Positions 39,401-51,400 of a stretch of DNA of 64,000 nucleotides are shown here, in pieces; positions within the stretch are counted from its first letter, which is position 1; each line of letters begins with the position of its first letter. Source of the DNA: Mobula hypostoma (lineage: Eukaryota); contig NC_086097.1 of NCBI RefSeq assembly GCF_963921235.1, positions 3,720,001 to 3,784,000 of the forward strand, read 5' to 3'. The notes under the pieces were generated by a model, which did not search any database, was not told the origin of the DNA, and worked only from the letters and a program-made list of their open reading frames with translations. Made by a program: the position numbers and the translations under genes.

Positions 39401-42400
39401 CAAACATACTTTGAGGATTTGGATACAATTTAGAAAACATCTTGTTTTATTGAGATTCTCCCTTTCTAGTCCCATTTAAAAATTTTTTTTTGAGCCTTCT
39501 ATGACTGATGTAGTTTTTAAACAATGGGAAAGATTGGGCATTACATGTTTCTGGGATCTGTTTGTTGGAGGAAGTCTTTCTTCGTTTGAATAATTGTTAA
39601 CTAAATTTAGTTTACCAAAAACCCATTTTTTTGGGTACTTACAAATTAGAGATTTTCTGCGATCTCAATTATATACATTTCCTAATAGTCCTGATAAGAA
39701 TGTATTAGATGAAATTCTTAATATGAAATCATTCTATAAAGGTTCAATATCCAAAATTTATGATATGCTGTTGGGAATGAAAAATGATTCTTTAGATAAA
39801 ATTAAAAATCTTTGGGAAGAAGATTTACAGACCTCAATTTCTGAAGAAACTTGGAATGAGATTTTTAAACTGGTTAATACTTCATCGTTATGTGCTCGAT
39901 ATTCCCTCCTACAATTTAAAGTGGTTCATAGGGCTTATATGACCAAGGATAAGTTATCTCGTTTTTATAGGGATATATCTCCCTACTTTGATAGGTGTAA
40001 CAATGGAGAAGCTTCACTTATTCATATGTTTTGGACGTGCCCAAGTCTTGGAAAATATTGGAAGGAAGTATTCCAAACATTTTCTGTACTCTTTAAAGTA
40101 AATTTTAAGCCTAATCCTTTGACTGCCCTATTTGGTATTGTTGGAAGGAAAGATATCATCTTGAAGACATCTGATTTGCACATTCTGGCTTTTATCTCTC
40201 TAATGGCTAGGAGGGTGCTTTTGTTTAAATGGAAGGATGCTGTTCTGCCTAATCATGCTCAGTGGTTACAGGATGTTATGGCATGCTTAAATTTAAAAAA
40301 GATTCGTTGTTCAATTTCTGAATCTAACCAAGATTTTCAAAACTTGTGGGGGCCGTTTTAAAATTATTTTCATAATCTTTGACTTCTTGTTAAGGTACAG
40401 AAGTTGGTTAATAGTATATCTTATTATCTGATTAAGTTTTTTTTTTCTTTTCTTTCCCAAACAGCTTCAACTTTGGTAGTGGGTGTAGATCCTTTTTTTA
40501 AATAGAATTGTTTATATTCTAATGTATGAATTAATCTAATCCATATGAATATAGAGTGAGGAGTATGTTAATGTGATTCAATATAATGTATCTGGTATTA
40601 TGATATTGTTTCTTTTGTTTTATAATATGTATTTTCTTGAACTCTGTATTCTTCTATATAGAAATCAATAAAAAAATTGGAAAAGGAAAGAAAGAAAAAA
40701 CTCTAAGATTGGTTAGACATGACTAGCACACATGAAGCCATACTGGCTATCCTTAATCAGTCCATGTCTTTCCAAATAGTTAGATATGCAGTCCCTTAGA
40801 ATACCTTCCAATAACTTTCTTATAACTGATGTCAGACTCACTGGCCTATAATTTCCTGGTTTCTGTTTAGAGCCTTTTTTAAACAGCAGAACATCATTGG
40901 CTATCCTCCAATCCTCTGGTACCTCTCCTGACGTTAAGGATGATTTAAATATCTCTGCTAGGGCCCCAACAACTTCTGCACTTCCCTCCCACAGGGTCTG
41001 AGGGAACACTTTATCAGGCCCTGGGGATTTATCCACCCTGATTTGCCTTAGGATAGCAAGCACCTCCTCCTCTGTGATCTGTACAGGGTCCATGAAGTTG
41101 ATGCCGCTTTGCCTCACCTCTATAGACTCTGTGTCTGTCTCCCAAGTAAATACAGATGCAAAGAATACAATTAAGATCGCCCCCATCTGTTTTGTCTCCA
41201 CACATGGATTACCATTTTGATCTTTCAGAGGACAAATTTTGTCCCTTGCAATCCTTTTGTTCTTAACATATCTTTGGTCACAGAACAATATAGGCTATTC
41301 AGTCCAAAATGTTTGTGCCAGACAGCTAAAAAGCAAATCAAAAACACCCAAACACTTGCCTCTTATCTCTACCATGTCCAAATCTCTCCATTTTTCTTAC
41401 GCCCATGTACCTATCCATACATCTCTTAAAAGCCTCTACTGGTAAAGGACTGTTACCTGGGGTAAATTCCTTCAGGCCCTGGGGACATTCACCTTAATAC
41501 TCATTAGGAGGCCCAACACTTCCTCCTCCTCCATGCCCTACCCACAACACTGACCTCCTGGTCCTCCATATCCATTTCCTTGGTAAATATTGAAACAAAT
41601 AATGACTTGGATGAGGGAATTAAATGCAGCATCTCCAAGTTTGCGGATGACACGAAGCTGGGTGGCAGTGTTAGCTGTGAGGAGGATGCTAAGAGGATGC
41701 AGAGTGACTTGGATAGGTTGGGTGAGTGGGCAAATTCATGGCAGATGCAATTTAATGTGGATAAATGTGAAGTTATCCACTTTGGTGGCAAAAATAGGAA
41801 AACAGATTATTATCTGAATGGTAAACAACAGGAATTCTGCAGATGCTGGAAATTCAAGCAACATACATCAAAGTTGCTGGTGAACGCAGCAGGCCTGCTG
41901 CGTTCACCAGCAAATTATCTGAATGGTGGCCGATTAGGAAAAGGGGAGGTGCAGCGAGACCTGGGTGTCATTATACACCAGTCATTGAAAGTGGGCATGC
42001 AGGTACAGCAGGCGGTGAAAAAGGCGAATGGTATGCTGGCATTTATAGCGAGAGGATTCGAGTACAGGAGCAGGGAGGTACTACTGCAGTTGTACAAGGC
42101 CTTGGTGAGACCACACCTGGAGTATTGTGTGCAGTTTTGGTCCCCTAATCTGAGGAAAGACATCCTTGCCATAGAGGGAGTACAAAGAAGGTTCACCAGA
42201 TTGATTCCTGGGTTGGCAGGACTTTCATATGAAGAAAGAGTGGATGAACTGGGCTTGTACTGGTTGGAATTTAGAAGATTGAGGGGGGATCTGATTGAAA
42301 CGTATAAAATCCTAAAGGGATTGGACAGGCTAGATGCAGGAAGATTGTTCCCGATGTTGGGGAACTCCAGAACAAGGGGTCACAGTTTGAGGATAAAGGG

Positions 42401-45400
42401 GAAGCCTTTTAGGACCGAGATTAGGAAAAACTTCTTCACACAGAGAGTGGTGAATCTGTGGAATTCTCTGCCACAGGAAACAGTTGAGGCCAGTTCATTG
42501 GATATATTTAAGAGGGAGTTAGATATGGCCCTTGTGGCTATGGGGATCAGGGGGTATGGAGGGAAGGCTGGGGCGGGGTTCTGAGTTGGATGATCAGCCA
42601 TGATCATAATAAATGGCGGTGCAGGCTCGAAGGGCCGAATGGCCTACTCCTGCACCTATTTTCTATGTTTCTATGTTTCTAAAGTACTCATTAACTGCCT
42701 TACTCACATTCTCCTAATACTGTAACCTAACTGTTCACCCACTGAAAGGTCAGTCACCCGGCCAGGTTCACTACCCAACACCAGGTCCAGTATAGCTCCT
42801 CCTCTCACTGCACTGTCCACATATTGATTTAAGAAACCTTCCTGGATATGCTTAACAAATCCTGCCCCATCTAAACCCCTTGCACTAAGAAGATCCCACT
42901 TTATATTAGGGAAGTTGAAATGCCTGCTATTTTTACACTTTTCCTTAATCTAATTACATTTCTGTTCCTCAATGTCCCGTTGGCTATTGGGAGTCTGCAG
43001 TACAATCCCACCAGTGTGATTGCACCCTTCCTATTCCTGAGTTCCATCCAAATGGACTCGGTGTCTGACTCTCCATTATGTCTCCCCTGAGTGCAGTTGT
43101 GATATTGTCCCTGATTAGTAGTGGCACTCCCCTCCGTCTTTTACCTACTCCTCTATCTTTTCTTAAACTTCAAAAACTTGGTACGGTAATCACCCATTCC
43201 TGTCTCTTTCTCAAGCAAGTTTCACTAATAGCTACAAAATTGTAGTTCCACCAGCTGATCCATTCTCTAAGTTCATCACCCTTACCCATAATACCTGTAG
43301 CATTAAAATGCATGCACTTCAAATATCCGACCCATCATACCTGTTACTTCGATTTTGCCTACAACACTTTCCCTGACATCTACCTTCTTGGTCCAATCCT
43401 TCCCTTACTGACCTGGGGCTCGGGTTCCCAGACCCCTGCAAATCTAGGTTAAACTCACCCAAATAGCATTAGATAGAAAGATAGATAGATCAGTACTTTA
43501 TCAATCCCAAAGGAAATTACAGTGTCACAGTAGCATTACAGATATACAAATATACAAATATGAGAAGAGAAGTAAGAAAGAATAAAAAATAAGTAACTTG
43601 AAATTGTCTAACAGGAGGGAGTCATCACTTCCCCATCTACAAGTTGATTCATTATAGAGCCTAATGGCCGAGGGTAAGAATGACCATCTTCTCAGCCATT
43701 CTTTCTTCTGTGCTATCACCCATTCCCACCTGTGCCAGCCCATGACACAGGGAGTAATCCAAAGATTACAACCTTGGAGGGCCTTCCCTTAAATCTCTAT
43801 ATACTCACTGTGTAGGACCTCATTTCCTTTTCTGCCTGTGTCTTTTGTGTCAATGTGCACCACGACCTCTTGCTGTTCCCCATCCCCCTTGAGAACATCC
43901 TGCAGCTGAGGAGCAACGCACCATCTCTTTTGCAGCCACAGAATCTCCTTTTCGTCCCCCAACTATCCAGTGCCCTACAACTCCAAGCTTCGGTAGGGCT
44001 CTAACGTCAACACTTTCTGAGTCTGCGCAGCCCAAGAAATCGTTTTTATTCTTACCCAAATCTGCTCCTTTTATCCTCTCTCTCCCAACTTCCGTAGGGC
44101 TCTCACACCCACACTCATACACCCGTGCCTGAGCCACTGGAAAAAGGCGATAAAATCCCTTAGGATCTGTGGAATTGCTCAGGGTTCTCCTTCACCTCGC
44201 CTGCTAGGGCAATTTTGTGCCTTCTTTTAGCCTTCCTGATTACTTTCTGAAGTGTTCTTTTGCATTTCCTGTATTCCATAAGCACCTCATTTGTTCCTAC
44301 CTGCCTATACTTGCTAATCACCTCCTTTTTTCTCTTAATCAGGGCCTCAATATCTCTTCTAAACCAAGGTTCACTACACTTGTTATCGTTACCTTTTATC
44401 CTGACAGACACATACAAGCTTTATACTCTCAAAATCTGACTCTGAAGGCCTTGCACTTACCAAGTACACCTTTGCCAGAAAACAGCCTGACCCAGTCCAC
44501 CCTGGTCAAATCATTTCTGATACCATCAAAATTGGCCTTTCCCCAATTTAGAATCTTAACCCATGGACTAGATCTATCTTTTTTCATAATTAATTTGAAA
44601 CTAATGTCATCAAAGTTGCTGGTGAACGCAGCAGGCCAGGCAGCATCTGTAGGAAGAGGTGCAGTCGACGTTTCAGGCCGAGACCCTTCGTCAGGACCTC
44701 TTCCTATAGATGCTGCTTGGCCTGCTGCGTTCACCAGCAACTTTGATGTGTGTTGCTTGAATTTCCAGCATCTGCAGAATTCCTGTTGTTTTTGAAACTA
44801 ATGTCATTGTGATCACCAGATACAAAGTGCACCCCTACACAAACATCTGTCTCCTGCCCTGTCCCATTGCCTAATAGCAGATCCAGTATTACACGCTCTC
44901 TTGTTGGAACTTTTACGTACAGATGAAGGAAATTTTCCTGAACACTCTATCCCATCTAGTCCTTTTCCAGTATGGGATTCCTAGTCAATAAGTGGAAAGT
45001 TAAAATCTTATGTTTCTTGCAACAGTCTGTAATCTCTCAATAAATTTATTCCTCGAAATCCCACCGACTACATGTTCAATCAGTGTTAGAAGTTATTTCT
45101 TTTCCATAGTTTGCCTATTCCATCACCTTCCTTCCAATTTTTCCCTGCCAATCTGACAGATACATGACTCATTCGCCTGTCTTCCCAAAGGTCCATCTTG
45201 TTAACCCCTGACCCCTGACTCCTGGCTCAACAATCCGCTCTAAACGTCTGATTGGCTCTCATAACAACTGCTGGTCTCTATCTGTACATGCTGATTTGCT
45301 TTCTGCTGAATTTTCTCATCCTCTCTAGCCTGCTCATTTCCGATGCATTATAACTTCTAGAAGGAAATCTTTTATTGTAGCACATGCAATATGTTGGAAG

Positions 45401-48400
45401 AACCCTGCAGCTCAGACAGCATCTATGGAAATGAAAAACCAGTTGACTTTTCAGGTCAAGACTCTTCTTCAAGACTGAAAAGGAAGGGGGAAGAAGCCAG
45501 AATAAGAAGGTTGGGCAAGGGGAGGGAGAAGATGGTAAGTGAGGCCAGTTGGTTGGGGGAAGGAGGATGAAGTAAGAAACTAGGAGGTGATAGGTGGAAA
45601 GGGTAAAGGACCAGAGAAGCAGGAATCTGATCAGAGAGGAGAGTGCACCGTGGGAGAAAGGGAAAGAGGAGGGGCACTAGGGGGGAGCGGTAGTCAGGTG
45701 AAGAGAAAAGAAGGGCTAAAAGGAGAGCTAGGATTGGGAATGGACCAGGAGATAAAAGGAAGGGGAATAATTACCGGAAGGTAGAGAAATCTATGTTCAT
45801 GCCATCGGGTTAGAGACTACCCAGATGGAACACGAGGTTTTGCCCTGCCAACCTGAGAGTGGCATTTATCCTGGCAGAAAAGGATGTCATGTTGAAATGG
45901 GAATGGGATTGCAATTAAAATGATTGGCACTGGGAAGTCCTGCTTGTTGCAAATGGAACGAAGGTGATCAACAAAGCAGCCCCCCAATCTACGTTGGGTC
46001 TAACTAAATCTTTCTCCTCCTTCAGTAGTCCCACCATTTAAGACATGGCAGGTCTGTACCTTATCACATTCTGCCTATTTTGGTGGTGTGCCCTCTAATT
46101 CTCAGAATTCGAAAGCAAAAAAAAATCTGTTATAGGCTGCTATGTAGCTAGAAGTTCCGGTGATGTGCAATTTTTCCAGATTTCTACCCTGTGTGACAAT
46201 TTTTCCAGTCCCATCTTCAATTGCTTTGTGTTCTCATATCATGTTTACTTCAAAGCAGACAGCTGTTGCATGAGAATTTGACTTCTCTGCTCATAGATCT
46301 CGAGGAGAGAGCCAACTTTAAACAACTTCTATAATTATCACACAATATTCTTAAATAAACAGTGACAGAAATAGTAAACATCTGCTCACGTTCTAATTTT
46401 TCACTGGTAATAGCATCTCCATGGAACTATACCCCTGGGGATTGTGTGGCACATTTTCTCCACCAGATAGATGCTTCAATTATTCTCTGCTTTATTTAAA
46501 AACATTTGGCAGCTTTAAAATAAAAACATTAATTTTTGAGACATCTTATCTATTTGGCACATTGATTATTTTTTAACCCTGGAGACTGCAGATCGAGTTA
46601 GGGTTGTCTTTAAGTTTGCAAAGAGATCGAATTGGAGTAGCTTTCAAATGTATGAACAGTTCTAGTTAGTGTAGCCTTCAAATATATGAATATTTCTAGT
46701 CAGGATAGATGTTATGTCTTGCAACTGCAAAGCATTAAATTAATTCAAAGAATACAAAGGACTCTGGGAATACGGGTCAAGTTCAAGTTTACTTTAAGCA
46801 AGGTGTGCACATATCATGGGATGATTTAAACAAACAAGACTACTTAATCAAGGTACATACACACACACAAGATTACTCAAATATTATTGAAATATCAAAT
46901 GCAAAACAGTAGCCTCAAATTTACGAACATCCTGCCATATTTATAGCTATTTTACAGAAGTTCACAAATTAGTTACTTTCACATCATCTTATTTCTAATG
47001 TAACTCAAGGTCTGTTAAAGAAATACCCCACAGTCTTCGTTCAAATATGAATTTAAGAGTATAAAGGATACTCACTGTTTTAACCATAAACAACTTCAAA
47101 GCATTAGGATCACATTAGACTTTTGCTCTCTTTACAGTAATAAATGCATGTATAAGCCCAAACCAATATAATTCAAGATTCAAATTTATTTATCACAAGT
47201 ACACTGAAAAATACAGTGAAATGCTTTATTTGCATTAACATCCGACACACCTGAGGATGTACAGGGCAGCCTGCAAGCGTTACAACACATTCTGGGACCA
47301 ACAGAGCATTCCCATAATGCTTAGCGGAACAACATGAGAAACAATAAAACAGAAAACAACCAGTGACAAAATAACAACGAGAAAACAAGCCTTGTTCCTC
47401 CCTCCTATCCACCTACCCACGCACATAAGCAGTCCTCCAGCCCCAGAAGAGTCGGCTTTTGGATTCCAGGCTCCAGTGGGGACAGACTCACAGATACTGA
47501 GACTTCGACTTCCCCAGTGGGCTCGTAGAGACTTGCAGACCCACAGTTCTGGCCGCCAGGCATGACGGACAGTGCTCAGTAAGCTCACTCTGTATACACA
47601 CACACAAATATTGCCTTGACATTCTGCTGCCGTTGTGCTGGGTGTGCGCACTTCAATGTCTTCCCCCCTCATCATGGGTTTTAAACTGAGCTGACGTGTT
47701 CAGTTTGCCACGATGGTGCCTTTCCCGCCATACACGGTGGAATATTCCACTTCTTCAGTAATGCGGATGTGTAGATGTGTATATATTGTTTGTATACTGT
47801 ATTCAAGGCCGATACTTCTGTCTATTTTGTAATATGATTGTAACTACATTGTGGGATGCATCATATTCCGATTCATGTGTAGTCTTAAGTTAACTTTGTG
47901 GGTAATTAAAAGTGATACGTCCTGGTGCGTAAAAAAGAGAGGCTCATTGCTTTTGCTAGGGGAGAGAGAGAGAAATCGACCTGCCAGGAATTCACACTGG
48001 ACAAAGCATGGAGCTATTTGATGCACTATCAATTACTCCAAAAGATTGGAAGTAGAGTAAATACTGAAAGGCTTTTAATGGTAAAATGGACCCATGACCA
48101 TGCTGAGTATCTGCCCCTGGACTGAGGGAGGAGCAGTGACACAATCGCCTTTATTCAGGGGTCTGTGGGAGGAGCCACAGGAGCAGTCAGCAGAGGGGCG
48201 TGTCCAGACAGGTAACCCAGTTACAACATATATATATATATGGTTTACCACACTATTTTATAGAGTTTTCTGGTAGATATCTTCTTTGTAAATATTGGCA
48301 GTTTTCTTTTTGCTATTTTTGCTAATACTTGTAAGTTTGATTTTTGACACACCTTAGAAGCACCCTTGTACAAAAGTGATAAGCCATTTTATTTTTCTTT

Positions 48401-51400
48401 GGTCAAAACCCACGTATCGTAACACCAGCTTTCCAATCAACCCTCAGACCTCGATCCTCTGCATCGACCCAGGTCCACCGTTCACCAACCACTAGGCCTC
48501 AAACGCCAAACTCGCCGATGTTGGAACCCTGAACACTAGGCCTCAAACTCCAGTCCCACCAATTCACACACCTAGGAGGTCATCGGACCTCATTCTCCTG
48601 CCCACAAGGAACTCCAGCTCAGTGCCCTTACTGTACATACGCTCAGTGGAGAGAGAAGAGATTGCAGATGCTAGAATCAGCATCAGCAGTCCCTCATGTC
48701 GCCGCTGTATGCTCCATTGGGGGTCTCTTCAAGGTATGCTGGCTCTGATGAGGTTTTCCTGCTCTCTCTGATGTGAGTTCTATGAGACTCTCTCTCACTA
48801 CTTCCACTCTCTGGTTTCAACCCTGCAGACTGTTTATTCTGTGTATGTTACACTGATACTGTTGTGTACCCTTAATCTGGTTGTGTATTATCTATTACAT
48901 GTTTACAACACACTCTTCCTTAGTACCTGGACTATTTCCAAGGTTGCAATGCACATGTTATTCTTCATTTTAAAAGCTCTTTGGCCAAGCGACTAGAACA
49001 ACTCGGGGCGTCGGAGTGTGAGTTCAATTCCAGAGCAATCTGTAAGGAATTTGTACATCTCCCCATGACCTCTGGGTGCCCAAGTTTTCTCTCAAAGTTC
49101 AGAAACGTACCGGTTAGTAGGTTAAGACCACAAGACATTCAAGCAGAATTAGGCCATTCAGCCCATCATGTCTCCTCTGCCATTCCATCATGGCTGATTT
49201 ATTATTCCTCTCAACCCCATTCTCACATCTTCTCCCCATAACTTTTAATGCCTGACTAATCAAAAATACTTTAAATATATCCAATGACTTAGCCCCCACA
49301 CCACTTTGTGGCAATGAATTCCACAGATTCATCACCTCTGAATAAAGAAATTCCTCCTCATCTCTGTTCTAAATGGACGTCCCATTGTTGTGAGGTTGTG
49401 CTTCCTGGTCCTAGATGCCCCCACCATAAGAAACAGCCTCTCTATATCCACTGTATTTAGGCATTTCAATACTTGATAGATTTCAGAGATTCCCCCTCGA
49501 CCACAAGTCTGCTGTCACCAGTACAATTTTGTCTTCAGTGGTGTGCTGGGATAATGGCATCAACACGGGTGATGCCAACAGGTTCAGTAAACTGATTAGA
49601 AAGGCTAGCTCGGTTATAGTAGTCAAACTGGACACACTGGAAGCTGTGGTAGAATGAAGGACCCTATGGAAAATCCTGGCAATTCTGGACAATATTTCTC
49701 ACTCTCTGCAGGTCACCTTGGCTAAACAGAGGAGCACTTTTAGTAATAGACTAAAGGCTGATTTATACTTGTACGTACCAACTTACGCCGTAGCCTACGC
49801 AAGTGGGCTACGCTGTTGTGAGCATTTATACTTGTGCGTTGGTGTGTCTGCGTCACTCTGCAATTCAGGCACGTACATGTATGTGCACATCACGCATGCG
49901 CACATACCTGCCCGTGCAAGGCTTCATGGTCATGGTAGTCTTTCTCGGAGTAAACAAGTTTAAAGCGAGCATCTTTTTCATAAAAGCGAAATGTGTCCTC
50001 CAGAATTTCGGAGGTCTGTAAAGCTTTATGGAAAGCATTGCAGCCAGAGTTCCTTCCCTGCCCTTCAGTCGCCCAATGGGAAGCTATTGCAGTGTAGGAG
50101 GAAATGCGATGCGACCAAACGGATCAATCACAGTTGTTGCGGTCTGCGATGCCGTGACGCGTAGTTACATTTTGGGAGAGGTGCACGTCAGGCTACGGCG
50201 TAGGGATCCGCGTAGGCACTGCGTAGGGTTCGTACCTACGCTGTACCTACGGCATCGATTTGACGCACAAGTATAAATCAGCCTGAAGACAACTGTGCTG
50301 CTCCAAAGAGCGCTATATGAGGTCATTCTTACCCTCGGCCATTAGGCTCTATAATGAGTCAACCTATAGTTGGGGAAGTGATGACCCCCTCCTGTTAGAC
50401 TGTTTGTTATAACTTATCTTTAATTCTTTCTACTTCTAATATTCATATCTGTGCACTTGTAATACGACTGTGACATTGTAATTTCCTTTGGGATCAGTAA
50501 AGTACTTATGGTTGTTCTAATCTCCTGCGAGTACAGGCCTAGGACCATTAAACACTCCTTATATGTCAACCATTTCATTCCGGGATCATTCTTGTGAACC
50601 TCCTCTGGACTCTCTCCCAAACCATATGGCTTTCAATTCCTTTGCCATGTTCCTTCCCCGTCAGGCTCTATGTCATGAAATTAAAACATCAGGCCAGTCA
50701 TTCCTGAAGCCACCCAGTCACTTACTAACCTGACAGCAGCAATTTCACGCATCCTGGTTTGTTGTAAAAGACGGCTTCATGCAGAGGGATCCAACCATCC
50801 GGATTTGGCGTGCAAAGGTTCTTCCCTGCTTGTATCATTCTCTTCAGAGCTTCTTCGTCCCCTTTACTAATTGCTATGGCAACAGGATCAGGCTCCCTGG
50901 AATCAAACATGGCCAGATGAAGTAAGACCATTAGACATAGAGGCAGAATTAGGCCATTCAGCCCATCGCACCTACTCTGCCATTGCATCATGGCTGATTT
51001 ATTATCCCTCTCAACCCCATTCTCCTGCCTTCTCCCTGTAACCTTTGACACCCTGATTAAACAGGAACCTGCTTTAAATATACCCAATGACCTGGCCTCC
51101 ACAGCCATCTGTGGCATGTTTGCACTTTATCCCATTGTAAAACACTTTTGAACTACATTCTCTGTATGGAAAGTGCTCTATAAGTAAAGTTATTAGTAGT
51201 ATTTATTTTTTCTCACCTCAAGCTGGTAAAACCTGAGGCACAGGCATAGCCAAGCACACTCATTTCTCAATTGCTAGGAACTTTTGGACTATTCTAGTGA
51301 TGTTTAGTATTGTGGCTTTCTGGAAATTTACATAAAAATTGTTCTGTAGGCCTAATTGTTTAATGCTATTGTGTAGTGACTTTGGGGTGACACCAGTTGT

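Larger units (their letters stand above)
37690..45055 (-). mobile_element. Old CR1 host element fragmented by nested insertions (pieces ~37690-38142, 40705-41273, 44165-45055)
   Basis: The pieces are collinear with the CR1 at 14150-18497 (e.g. ORFs 40713..41288 and 44160..44417). Confidence 0.75.

Noticed and set aside
41580..42584. 334-aa ORF as a possible domesticated gene
   Set aside because: 5'-truncated CR1 ORF2 with an incidental in-frame insertion; the start codon comes from flanking repeat
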